Below are positions 22,805-35,947 of a stretch of DNA of 64,000 nt, one piece after another. Origin of the DNA: Utricularia gibba. Taxonomy: Eukaryota; Plantae; Magnoliophyta. The stretch lies in NCBI GenBank assembly GCA_002189035.1, contig NEEC01000010.1, forward strand, positions 682,001 through 746,000, written 5' to 3'. The translations under genes and the position numbers were made by a program. Position 1 is the first letter of the stretch; the number at the start of each line of letters is the position of its first letter. Under the pieces are notes generated by a model. It saw nothing but the letters and a program-made list of their open reading frames with translations, did not search any database and was not told the DNA's origin.

Positions 22805-23972
22805 TGATAAGTGATTTTATGTCACTTATATTTGTGCTTTTTAAGACTCACTTAGATGAGTTTTACATTTTTTTTATCTCACTTTTCCTATATTTTTAGA
22901 AGATTTTTATATCTTTCATATCACTTTGATCTTTTTGGAGGGAAAGTGTGTTTTGTGATTTTTCAAGACAATTTTGACATAATTTAGAGGAATTTCGAGC
23001 TACTTTGATGGAGGCAAAGATTTGGTCTATCCAGATGAAAACTTGATCAAAGATTCTCGGATAAGATAAGATTCGCATCTTATCTCGGAAAATTTAATCT
23101 TATCCTACAAGATCTATATCAAAACTTAGAATATCTGGATGGAAGATTTGATATGAGCCCATCAAGAAAGCCCAACAAATCCTCATTATCATATAAAGAT
23201 CAGAGCCCGAAGATCGAACTAAGAGTCAGAGTCGACGATCAGAGAGTCACTTTTAGGGTTTAGAGTCGAGTCTAGCATGTTTTGGATTCCTTTCCTTTCG
23301 TTTTTCATCAACTTTTGTTGTTTAGAGTCAAGCATGCGCATGTGAGCACTTGCGGCTGAAGATCTGCTGTGAAGCCTTGCTTGTGCAAGTTCTGCGTGTG
23401 TGACTGTCTTACTATGTTTTTCAGCATTTAATTTGAGGTCTGATTCTGTTTTTTGCAATGTTTTCTTTACCAACGTGATCTTTATTACCATATAACCCTA
23501 AGGGAGTGTGGGAGAATCAAAGGTTGACATCAAGCACATTAGGAGAAGGGCTCAATCGGACATCGTTGATAAGACACATTCTGTCTAATATGTCTGCGAG
23601 GTGAGAGGTATAGGGATTAGATTTGGGTGTGGGAAAAACATGGGTTATCACAAGAGGTGAAATGGCTCTGGTAGCATGATTGATTTCATAATCCCACAAA
23701 ACAAGAGACGGTGCTATAACAATCACCGAGTAGCACTGTTTTAGCATAACACCTCCAAAGCTTGTGCAAGCAGATCAGTTTTCAAGGTTTGCACACACTC
23801 AATGGCGAGATCCAATGCCACTTTTTCTTATTGTCTTCAAAACCAGCTCTTTCTTTTTTTTGAGTCTTTTTTACGTCTTTGTTTTGAAAAAAAATTCCAA
23901 TAACAATTCCCTGTAGATATGATCTTATTTTATTATTTCGACGGTTTTTGTGCACTTGTAGAATCTCCATCA
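22805..23972. mobile_element. Solo LTR X2 (1168 bp), same family as X1/X3, inserted antiparallel inside X1
   Basis: TGAT..ATCA termini. TSD AACAA / AAAAA (4 of 5). Reverse-complement homology to 61577-62712 and to the flanking X1 pieces. Confidence 0.8.
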
Positions 23973-26818
23973 AAAAAAATTAAACTTCAAATTAAATATT
24001 GAATAACATGATAAAACAATTACACGTGCAGGACTTGTGCAAGCAAGCTTCACCGCAAGCATCTACGCATGCATGCTTGACTTTAATATGAAATTAAATA
24101 CTAAAATATAGAAAAATAAGGAAGAAAATTGGTCAAAGATGTTTCTAATGGTTGAGTGAGTGGGGTATTTATAAAAAAAGAAGATTCGAATATTATGTTA
24201 AACTTGCTTTATAGGATTGAATAAGATCTTTTGCCAAATTTGTTTTATCTAAATCTTTAAGAATCATTTTAAAATCCTTATCTAGTCTACGAATCTTGGA
24301 CTGAGATTCATGCCTTATCAAATATATAAATTGTTGGATTTTGATTTCTCCTCAAATCAATCCAAAAATATTTTAAAAATTTAAAAAATACACTTTTCTG
24401 CAAAAAAAATCAAATTAGTGTAAAAAATGTAAAATCAATTAAAAATAATGAGAAAATGGAATATAAGGTAGGTAAAAACAACCCTCAAGAGTTATGGAAT
24501 ACCATATTTTAAAACAATACAAAACCAATTATCAGTCTCACAACAATAGATTAAAAATAATGAGTGTAATGTAATTTGAGAACAATGTTCATATTTTGAG
24601 TTTTTGAATAACTTCATATTTATCAAGTTTTACTAATAATATTTAGTGTGATCGCTTATTTTCATCTTCTTTTTGTTTCTTTCAGTGTAGCACCATATTC
24701 CATATATTGCATTGCAAAGACATTGATTCATTCAGAAACATTCTTCTTAAGTGAAAGATTGTTTCATTGGAAACTAACAAATTGATTTGTCAAATATTTA
24801 TAATTTGGAGGGTCATGTCAAGTGGTATGAGACACAATCTTTTTCTTCTTCATTTCACACTCATTTGTGTTGTTTCTACTGTATAAAACAGAAAAAAGAA
24901 ATCATTCTCATTTATTCTTATGATCCTTTGTTATTGCTGAAATCAAAACAAAAAAAGGTTTCTCTTCTTATTCTTCTTCTCATATAACTCTGCTTTTACT
25001 TATTGTTATAAAAAAAAAACAGTGTGTTTGAAGGAAAAAAGAAGGGAAAGGATCATGAATTCGTCCATTTTTCTTCTTAAAAAACAATTTTCTTTTCTAA
25101 TTTTAGAAGCAATGATAATTTCTAGTTTGAGAAAGTAATCCAATCTTTTAATTTCATATGCTATTCTTTTTTTTTTCTATTTCAACAAGTAAACCTTTTT
25201 ATTTTTATTATCAATTTCAATATATTTCTTTCTCTTTTATAAGACATAATTTCAATCATATATAGTCCTTACTATTTCTATATTTATTTTTTATTTATCA
25301 CCAAATCTTGCAAGAGCAAGTATTATTTTATCCTTTCTTAATTACTTTTACTCAACCTCATCTTTTTTGTTACATGTTACATAGCTTTGTCCTATTTTAA
25401 GAAGCAATTTTAATTTCACTTAAGGTCTGTTTGGAAGTGATTCTCTTTTTAAAAAGTAATTCCAAAAATCAAATTACTACCAAAGAGTACAAGTTTTTGC
25501 TTCAAATGGTATAGATGTTATAGAAAAATATATAGAAAAATTAGATGTTATAGATGTAGTTTCATGCTCAATGATATATGCAAAGTGAGTTCAAGTTCCT
25601 AAACACAGTTTTGGAGTAAATTTACATCAAATTAGAGGAACATGAACAATATTTAAACAACTATGAAAAGAAAAGAGAAGAAAATGGATCTCGTAATAAA
25701 GGAAAAACACGAGTGTATTGGACAGAGGCAATACATTATGGGATAAATAATTGGAATGTGATTATCAACTAGGTATGCGTGATCAATGAACATGAAATGC
25801 TTTTACTAATGATCCTATACATGATTGCTCCAATGGTGATGATGTGGAAAGAAGATACTAAAGAAATCAAAAGGCCAGTTCCATATGGAGAAAATGATGA
25901 AAGACCAAGACGCAAGCATGTGCAAGATAAAGAATTTGATGATATCAAGGTGAAAATACCTATGTTTCATCTTTCAAGGTAAAAGTGATCCAAATATGTA
26001 TTTGGAATGGAAGACCTATGTGGAGAATGTATTTCATTGCCACAATTATTTTAATGCGAAGAAGATCATGTTAACTATTGTTGAGTTCAAAGACTATGCC
26101 ATCACTTTATGAGATAAGAAAGTGCTTAACAGAAGATGCAATGATTAGGAATCAATTCGAATATGGATTGAGATGAAGAGGATATTCACAAAGAGATTTA
26201 TCCCAAGGCACTATCAAAGAAATTTGTACCAAAACTTATGAAAGATCACACAAGGGAATAACACCATGGAAGAGCATTGGGAATAAATGCAAGTATTAAT
26301 GGTTTGAGCCAACATTATAGAGGATATAGAAGCTACTATGACAAGGTTCTTTTACAGTCTAAAAGATTTGACTGAAAAAAAGAGGTGAATAAACAAATAG
26401 TAAATAAAAAAGAACATGAGTGTCTCGTGAAAAATTGAGTAATATGAAAAGTGTTTTATATGTAAAAAAATCCAATTCTCTTACTCGTATTGAAAGAGCC
26501 CATGTCATATGACTCTCACTCACAACAAGATCTTCTAATTTATCTTAAGTTGTTTTGCACGAGTTCATTGATGTTTTCTATAAGGAACTATCTAGGTTAC
26601 CACCGTACAAGTAAATTGAGCATCAAATAGAATTTGTTCTAAGTTCTCAAATTCCAAATGATACAACATAAATGGCATATCTATTGGAAATAAAGGTGAT
26701 TCAACACCAATTAGAGGAACTCATAGTCAACGATTTAGTGAGGAAAAGGGTTCATTTATGTTCCATTCTGGTGATAATAGACTCAAGATAGGACAGAACA
26801 TGAAGGATGTGCATAGAT

Positions 26819-29269
26819 TGTAATAACATATATTTTTGAGTGTTTAATGATAGGAAAATGATTAATATTTTGTTATAAAACATGGATTTTATTAAGTATT
26901 TCTGTGTTTTTGTGACTAGCACTATTATATCCGTCTTTTATTTTGTAGTTGAGAGTAAATCATAGATTTAGTCTCAATCTTAGTTCTAATCATTCTCTTG
27001 AGCAATGCAGCACGTTTTAGCAACTCAAATCCCAATGAGGTGAAATAGAATAGTGAAGCTACAGAAGATGTGGACAAAAACTGAATGAAGAACACGAAAT
27101 CCCAAGGTGAAGAAAGAAGAAGATTTTTGGAATAATAAGAAAGAGAAAATATCTACACATTTGGAAGAACACGCCACAAACTTCTTGGGGGGGGGGGGGG
27201 GGGGGAGGGAGAGATCTAAGAAAAACTTATAGGAAGAACGAAGAAGACGAATCAGGAACCAAGCCCTCTTTTGAAAACTTCTTTTACTGATGAAAAACTT
27301 ATTTTGTTGTTTCTTTTCTGGCTATTAACTTGTGGAATGAAGATGGTTTTCATGTTATGTTATGCAAATGTTTTATTTTCCTTAATATTAGTAGCTAAGC
27401 ATCTAGGGGTGCCTTGAGAGCAAAATTGGGGGATAGTATGCAAATCATTTTCTTGATTTTGTTAACCATAAATCACACTACTTCATTAACAAAGTATGAT
27501 AGATTGTTGCCTGTCGTTTCCTCAACAAATTTTAAATATTTAAAATGTAAAACACAAAAAAGCATAGTACGAGTATCGATCTCAATGAGTTGTTTTTCGT
27601 GAAAAGTGTTTTGTAAGAAACTTCTACAAAATGTCACGGTTTTGTAAAAGGGGATTGGTGAATTGCAGAAATAAAAGTTACAATCTAAGTGATGGGCCTT
27701 GATTACGGGACGCAGTTCCTAGGAATGAGATTCCATCTCCTTCCATTGTCCATCCTTGCTTCGGCTTTTACTGATTTCTTTCGAATAGCTGATTATAGGA
27801 GCAAGGAATAGCCTCCTCTCCCATACACTCTGATTGACAAGGAGGCACGGGAATAGCCTCATGTGATTCCCCCTAGGACAATTAGGAAGACAAGAGGATT
27901 GCCTTCGATTGCCTTTAAAACCGAATTGTGCACGTGTGCCCAGCTGTTGCCAATGGCCAGTGGTAGGTCCGAGGTCACAACCTGTCCACTGTCGTGGTAC
28001 CTAAGTCACAAACAATCCACTACTTCCCTCGCACCGGTAGGGTTGGAGTTGGTACTCTTCACCTTGATCTTCACCAAAATCCGTAAGGAGTGGCCTGCTA
28101 CTCACGGACCTTGACTAAGAGTCATTACAGAAAGACTGCAACAAGACGCGTGAAAGTATGCATAATCCAATATGAATTCAGTGAAGAACCGAGTGTATTG
28201 CTCAAGACTTGGAAGAAAACTTTATCTTCTCCTAGAAACTAAAGGGTTTTAGCTCGAAAGTGCCATGAAAACAGAAACGAAAAGGAAGCTAAGTGTTCTT
28301 CCTTCTTGGAAAAGGGAGGAAGAACTAAAAAGTTCTAAGTACAAAGAGAAATTGTCAAAAGTTCGAAACTACATGCTCCAATTGGCTTTTATATCACTTT
28401 CCATATGCATTAACTCCTTTGAGTCCCCTTCCCATCATTCCTTCTGTCTTGCGTGCGCCAATAGCTTTCCTTTGCGTGCAAGTTAACGCTCAATCATTGC
28501 TACAGACTCTGACATGCCGTAAGTCAAGCGCCTTGACCAGTGTCAGTCTTTCGCTCACAATCGTTCCAAGTCACGTACAAGGCACGAAAAGTCAGAGTTT
28601 GACCTCTTGCAATACTCCTGCAACACTCTACGACAGTCTCCTGACATCTCTCGGTCAAAGAGCACGAAAAAAGATAGAAAATATATACAAAACAAGAAAA
28701 TAAGATTTTTCTATGGAAAATCAAGTAGTTATGAATATAATTCCTAATTGAACGACTTAATACATAATTAACATATAATAATATCTAATAAATAACTAGA
28801 AAATGACCATTAACATAGATCCAAAAGGGGGAGATAGTGACATTTATCTTATACAACTCTAATTAGAGGTAAACCGAAGATTAGGGAAAAACAAGAGTTT
28901 GGGGAAACCTAGACTTTTACTTGTTAGATACATGATTTGTGGTTTAGATAAGGTTGTTTTAGTTATAAGTATGCAGCCCCTGAAAGTCCCAAGGCATCAC
29001 TGTGTTAATTTGAGATAAAGAACTACTTTTACTTATTTCTTGCCTTTCTACATATTATTGTAAAACTATTAGTCTTAGTATCGATTAAATCTTTCAACCT
29101 TGACAAAAACATTATGCATCGACCTTCACACAACATGCACATAGCTCTTTGTATTCAACTCTTGTCCGCTATGCTCATATTTGGTGTATGATTAGATGTG
29201 AATTACATTTATAAATTTATTTGATAGAAGAATTTGCAATTTTAACGACTTGCATAATTTTTCATTTAT
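26819..29269. mobile_element. Solo LTR A (~1135 bp net), inserted in the CRM RT and itself interrupted by solo LTR B
   Basis: Starts TGTAATAAC. TAGAT flanks both sides (26814-26818, 29270-29274), and the RT frame (ATA GAT | GAT TGT) resumes exactly there. The right end lacks the expected CA. Confidence 0.65.
27505..28815. mobile_element. Solo LTR B (1311 bp)
   Basis: TGTT..AACA termini, perfect TSD TAGAT (27500-27504, 28816-28820), homologous to solo LTR C (shared TGTCGTTT..CAACAAATTTTAA and CCGAATTG..TTGCCAATG blocks). Confidence 0.88.
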
Positions 29270-30687
29270 TAGATTGTGAGGCACCAAATAACAATTAAGT
29301 GCAACCATCTTTTACATAAACTTGATGATATGCTAGATAAATTATATAGATCATACATTTTTAACAATAAAAGAGTTTTATACTCTTCATCATGATTTTA
29401 AAAATATCTATCTTTCGTATGAAAATAAACACCATGACCTTATTATTGACAAAATGATTTACTTTTTGAAAAGAATGTTTTATACATTCCTCAATATTCT
29501 AATATTGAGTTTTTGGTAAGAGAGGCCCATAATGGAAGACTTATGGAAGATTTTGGGGTCAACAAGACTTTGACATACTCCAACAACATTTCTATATGTC
29601 ACATATGAGAACTAATATTGAATGGATATGTGGATGATGTTTAGTATGCAATAGAGTTAAATCAATATCCACTTCTCAAGGAATATAAACTCCTCTTCTT
29701 GCTTATTTATTCTTGGTTTGATCTTTTTATGGATTTTGTATTAGGTTTACCAAAGTTTCAAAAGGAAGTGTACTTAATATTTCTACTAGTTGGCAGGTTT
29801 TCAAAAATGACATATTTCATTTTACAAGATTGATGATGTGACTTATGCCATTGACTTGTTATTTACGTAGATTTTCAGACTTCATGACATGCCACTTGCC
29901 ATTATAAGTGATCTAAATACCAAGTGTCTCAACCACTTATGGCGCACATTTGAAAGCAAATTAGGAATAAAACTTCTTTTTTCCCACCACCTATCACCTA
30001 CAAATCATCGGAGAAATCGAGGTAACAAATTAAACCCTATGGATTTAATCCTCGTGCTTCTATAGAATTGTTCATACTATGAGTTTCACAATTCAACGGT
30101 GCCAAATAGAGTAGACGCCATCAAAAGACTTCATGAGAAGGTTTGATACTAACTTGAAACAAAAAACACGTACTATGCAGCAAAAGTGAATAAATATAGA
30201 ATGAAGATTATACTTAAATCAAAAGATTAGGTTTAGGTACACTTCGTAAATGGCACAAGTGACATGGGACTACATTACAAAAGGAATACAACTCTTTGCC
30301 TACAAGTGTATATCGATAGTGATTATGTAGGTGATTTATCAGATCTGCAAGGAAGGATACCAAAACAAAGACAATCGAAACTTTCACAATGAGGAGATGA
30401 TTCATTTCAAGTTATTAAAAAGATCAGTGACAATGCTTACAAAATTATCTTACCAGGTGAATTCGATATTCATTCTACTTTAAACATCGTTGACTCGATT
30501 CCATAGATGATTTAAGAATGAATCAACTAAAATAAGGAGGAGAGAGGGATGATGAAAGTATCAATATTAAAGATATAGAGAATGAAGATGAAATACATAA
30601 GACCAATGATTATAGATTAATTTCATTGAAGCTAATCATTAGATCAAGGATAGAAAAAAATCAAGAGTTTTTTAAGAGATTATAAAC

Positions 30688-33600
30688 TAGAGGTGGGCAT
30701 AGGTAGGTACAAGCTGACTTGCTCGACCCGTGGGTCAACCCCACTATATGCATATGTGATGCGTGTCGTTTTCACAACAAATTTTAATATTTTTAAAACT
30801 CTTAAAACACAAAAGCATAATACGGGTGTCGAACGCAGGGAGTTTTTTTTCAGTGAAAGGTGATGTTACACCGAATACAACTGTCACGATTTATAAACGG
30901 TTTTGTATCGTAAAGGTGTGAGAAACGTAAATGATGAAGCTTGAGTAAGGAGATAAGAGGGTTGTAAACAAACAATAGAAATAAACGTAAGCAATGAACC
31001 TTAAATAAAGCGAATGTTCCTGGGTTTGGAATCCTGCCCAGCTATGTTTGTTGCGTCTTCACTCTTCTCTAGTCTTCTCGAGTACTCGGTTATAGGAGTA
31101 AGGAATTGCCTACCCTCTCTTACACTCTCTTGCAAGAAGGCACGGGAATAGCCCGATGTTGCTCCTTTGGACGAACGTGAGAATAAGAGGTCTTGCCAGC
31201 GTACCCTCACGGCCGAATTGCACGTGTGTGCCCGAGTATTGCCAATGACCCAATGAGTCCAGATACGAGGTCACTATCTGTCCATTGATCCTGAGGTATG
31301 GCCATAGACAAAACGTTGTCTTCCTCCTGTCAAAAGGGCATGAGTTGGTGCTCTCCACCTTACTCCTCTCCAAAACTCGCGGGTAGTAATCAGCTAACCA
31401 TGAATCTTGAATAAGGGGGCTGTTACAGAAAGATTGTAACATGGTTATGCTAAGACATACGGAACCCGTTCGGATTCAGAGAAAATATGAAGATAAGCTA
31501 ACGAAACATAGATCTGGGAGTATCCCAACCTGAAACAGAAGTTTCTAGCCACGAACGGCCATACAAACTAAAGGAAATGAAAGCAGATTCTAGAGAGAAG
31601 CTAGAGGAAAATCCACTAGAGAGAGAAACAAAAGTCTAATACTAAACTCAAACTAACTAAACTTGTCTGAACTAAACTGAGCTGAACTATTTTGGCTGAG
31701 TTTTCATGTTCCTCTAGTTTTGCTGGACTGGAGTGACTTGCAAGCAAACATTTGCTCTGACACTGATATGCTAATGATTTCGCATGTCAGAGACTCCCGT
31801 GTTCTGCATGTCAAGGCTCATGATTAAACATCTGTAGTCTTACAGAAATCAAGTGACTATCAGTTCAGAAAGATCCATTTTGTCGCCATCTACTACCCTT
31901 GTTCTCTCACTTCATGCCACGTGTGTGCCTCTAGAATAACTTAAATAAAACTAACAAAAATATTAAATAAATGACAAAATTTAGGATAATTACCATAAAC
32001 TAAATAAAATCTAAATCTCATATTATAGACTTCTAATTAGATAGTTCTAATCACATTTAAATAAAAAAAAAACCTAAAAAATAGTGAGAAAATGACACTT
32101 AACAATATGGGTCACCAATACCCATATTGCACAAGTAGAGGATGAGTCACGTGAAAACAAGAATGGTTTAACCCGCCGAATTGAGCAAACCCGTAAAGGA
32201 CTAATCAAAGTTGGGATAAATTTCAGACCAAGCATGAGACCTGGCCCATTATAAGCCCCACACCAAGGATGGGATGTGGATGAGGGCGAGCCTTCCCGTT
32301 AGGGTGCAGTGCTTTATTAATTGCGATTGAATGTGTAACAGAGAGGTAGAGGACATGAGGAAATCATTTTCTAAGACACGGGGCACATTCATAACGCGCT
32401 CCTTCCATTTGTTACATTGGAATTCATTTTTTAATCTCTAGACCTAATTATGCTGATGGGCTACCCATTAAGATAGTTGAGTCTACGGTTTGAAAAATGA
32501 GAATTAGTGTTTAGTAGTGCAGTGGCTTTTTTCAATCAACTTCTTCTCCCCAAATCCTCAATTTGAACTTGTGGTTACTCAAATCTCTCCTTGAAATATT
32601 GTTAAACTATAACTTCAAAGCGGGTTTTTGAAGAGTGTGAAACTTGAAAAGAGATGAGTTACATATACTTTTTTTTTGTGTTTAACAATTGTTCTTTTTT
32701 CTAGTTTTGAAGCTTCATTCTATCAAAACAAAATGATGACATTTTGCTGTAATTTCTTGATTTTAAGAGGTGAATATGACTGAGCAATCATCCAATCCTT
32801 TGGTGTCTCATCTTATGGTTGATTTGGATGATAAATCTGAATTTCCCTTGAATGATTTTGGAATTCCAGAGGCTAGCTCATCTTTAAACAAAAGAAAACA
32901 TGAATATTGTTGGCATGAGCACCTTGCATGATTTGGTAAAAGAAAAGGTAATATGCAAATATTGTCGTGTTTCTTATAAGCATGGAAAAAGTAGTTCAAC
33001 TTTGAATTTTTCAAAATATACAATGAACAAACATATTGATAGATATACTAGTAATACTTTTCAGTCTACTTTGAATGTTGTTGGAGTTAATTTCGCTACT
33101 AAATTTACTTTCGATAATTAATTAGCTCAAGTCGATTATGTTCTTGCTTTGCTATCTGGTAGTAATCCTTTTACTGAAATTGAAAATCCATTCATGTCAA
33201 ATTTTTTAAAAACTTATTTGCAACCTCATTTCATGTCTTTTTCTGAAGAAAAACTGTTTGAATTGCTTTTGATCAATTTGAAAAGAGAAAAAAAAACTTT
33301 AATTTCTTCATTTGAATCTCTAAAATGTTACTTTGCATTGGCTGCTGATGGTTGGCATGATAATAATGACGAGAGTAAGTTGTTGTCATTGCTAATTCAC
33401 TTGATGATTTATGGATTATATAAAAAAGAGTTTTATCCTTTAGATCTCATGACACTCTACATGTTGGTGCTCAGATTGCTCAATTTATTACTAGTGTTTG
33501 TGTTGAATATGATATTGTTGAATGTGCATTTTCTATTACTCTAATTAATTTTTCTCGCAATTCAAATGTTATTTCAGCCTTGAAATCTTACGTTAATCCT

Positions 33601-35436
33601 CCATTAGGTGGTGTCTTTTTTCATTCAAGATATGTGTGCCATATTTTCAAATATATGTGTGAAGATGTTTTACGAATATATGATTTTGCAGATACTGTTA
33701 TTTTATTACATAAAGTTAGAAAAAAAAATATACTCCTGAAAAATCCATTTTCAAAAATCTTTGTGAGGTTAGGGGCATTGCATATAGAACTTGAAAAAAA
33801 AATTGTTCAACTAGATAGAATTCTATTATTCACATGCTTAGGTCTTTATTTACATATTAGAGTATTATTCCCTTATTTATGAGAATGTATATTGATAAAA
33901 AAATTTCAATTTATTCTGAAATATTTTTGAAATTTTAGACTTTGTGTGAAATGTTTGATGTTTGTTAGATCTACACTATTTTTATTTAGTGGTTGTTATT
34001 ATCCCACAACTCATTTAGTACTATTAGCTTTGGTTACCATTTCAAGTATATTTATAAAATATATTGAAGTTGAGTTTTTATCAGAAACTATTATAGTTAT
34101 GGTTGAAAAACTTGTTGAGTATTTTCTTAATGTTTCTATTCTATTACTTGTCTCTAGTATACTTGATCCAAGAGTTAAAGCTAATGGTTCACAAATTGGT
34201 TTGAAAGATTATTATTCTTATGTTTGTTCTCTTAGGTTTCCATTATGTCAATCTAATGTTCAATATAGATATATGTAACTGCTATCACTACTTTAAATTA
34301 TTTGTATGATTTGTTTGAGGTTGAGACTCATTATGTTAGATCTGTTTTTGAGGTGGATAAATCTGGCCAACCTTCGAGAACAGATGATTTTTATGCTATA
34401 CTATGGTTCCAACTTCTCTCAGCGAGATTGCTTTGTACAATACAATGCATCAAGTGCAGCATAAATGAGACAACTTTGACATTTTGGTTTGGTGGATGGG
34501 TCAGTCCTCAATTTATTTGACTTTGGCGGCAGTGGTAGAGCAATTCTCACATCCTCTATATCTACAGTTGTATCAGAAAGTGCATTTAGTTTAAGTCGGT
34601 GAGTAATGACACCAATGCAGCTCAAATTAGCAGATACAACATTGGAGGTTTGCATTTGTTTGAATGATTGGATAGGAGCAGGCCATAGAATGCAAAATCT
34701 TATCTTAAATGAAAATAATGATGACAACGACGAACATAATGGTTCTACATATAAAAAGAGTGAACTATTTTTTTTTTCTTTTTAATGTTTTAACCATTTA
34801 ATTTTTTATTCAAAATCAAAAAAAAGTTTCTAATTTTGTCTGTGTTGTTTGAAACTACACAACTAGTCTCAAGCCTAAAAAAAAGGAAAAAAAACTTGCA
34901 TATTGTTGTTATAGCTTTTGTATATCTTCATTCATTTTAGTTTTAGAGATATTAGAAAGTGTAATACTATGGTTCTTTATTATTGTTTTGATTCAAAAAA
35001 TAAAACCTCTTACTAGTATTTTGAATCACAAGGTGGCTATATAAAAACTATAAAAAAACATTTTGGAACAAAAATTGTATTAATTAGCCACATAGAAACA
35101 ATTTAAATACCCAAATGCAACAAGTGGAAATGAGCATGGGCAATAATAAGTAGGCAGATGTGTGCTGAAGATGTGTACTTGAAATCCCTTGCAAATGCAA
35201 ATCTCATTAGCCAACCAGATGACCATTGTGAACATGTACATATATAAAGTAATTATAGGAAACTCTTCTAAACCCGATGGATCACGACCCAGCAACCTAT
35301 ACTCGAGTGACCCATGAGTATGACTTGAGTCAAGGGTTAAAACCCATCCGCGCATGACTCGTCAACCCGTGACCCAGGGCATGACTCACCTTGGTTGGCC
35401 CGTGACCAGATGGTTTACGACCCATACACATGTCTA
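30688..35436 (+). mobile_element. hAT DNA transposon with decayed transposase (~32900-34720)
   Basis: Left TIR TAGAGGTGGGCA, degenerate right TIR. Perfect 8-bp TSD TTATAAAC (30680-30687, 35437-35444). BED-finger remnant (VICKYC..KH), LDPRVK motif, C-terminal dimerisation remnant (ESAFSLS..LEVCICLNDW). Confidence 0.88.
30757..32104. mobile_element. Solo LTR C (1348 bp), inserted 69 bp inside the left end of the hAT element
   Basis: TG..CA termini, perfect TSD ATATG (30752-30756, 32105-32109), same family as solo LTR B. Confidence 0.88.
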
Positions 35437-35947
35437 TTATAAACCAATTAACAAACTTATGAGTAACATGGTAATGAGTTCAAGTAATATATACTATTAG
35501 AACTTTTCTTTTGAATAAGCTCATTCTGTAGTTATATTAAAAAACTTAACTCTAAGTGATGAATAATTCTAAGTGTAATATAGTTTGAGAATAGCATTGA
35601 TATTTTGATTTCATAAAGAACTTAAACGTATCAAACTTTTTATGTAATATCTAATATTGTTAATCACTCCCATTTCTTTCCTATTTTTGTAAATGTGACA
35701 TGGTATTATATACATTGAATTATAAAGATATTAATTTTTTAAGGACCATCTTTCTTAAGTAAGAGGATTGCTTTATTGGAAATTAACAAATTTATTAAAC
35801 ACCTTTGATTTGAAGGAACATATCAAAAGCACTCATGGTATAAAAAATAACCGATCCCAATTAAGTGTGGTAGACCGTTGGTAGACATGAGCCCCAATAA
35901 GTACAACATTCTCAAGTATATTTCCAGTTTTGGGAGAGGTTATCAGA

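Larger units (their letters stand above)
16381..24534. mobile_element. Solo LTR X1, split by a Tat element and by solo LTR X2 (pieces 16381-16650, ~22791-22804, ~23978-24534)
   Basis: Pieces are colinear with the copy at 61577-62712. Ends TAATGG (decayed TGATGG)..TTATCA. Perfect 5-bp TSD GTCTC at 16376-16380 and 24535-24539. Confidence 0.8.
25640..30687 (+). mobile_element. Highly degenerate Ty3/gypsy chromovirus, CRM-like; boundaries approximate
   Basis: gag remnant DDIKVKIP..GKSDPNMYLEWK; RT remnant *RMCID / DCEA.KITIK..KLDDMLD split by solo LTR A; integrase VGRFSKMTYFI. Purine tract followed by TGATG at 30550, and a KLIIRSRIEK motif resembling the CRM CR motif (GPITRSRAK) inside the start of the putative 3' LTR. 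Confidence 0.7.

Noticed and set aside
25420-25612. Second Tourist-like MITE (GGTCTGTTTGG..CCTAAACACAG)
   Set aside because: The ends match too poorly and no TSD could be resolved.
27187-27205. 19-G homopolymer
   Set aside because: It lies inside solo LTR A, its length is unreliable in assemblies, and no function can be supported.
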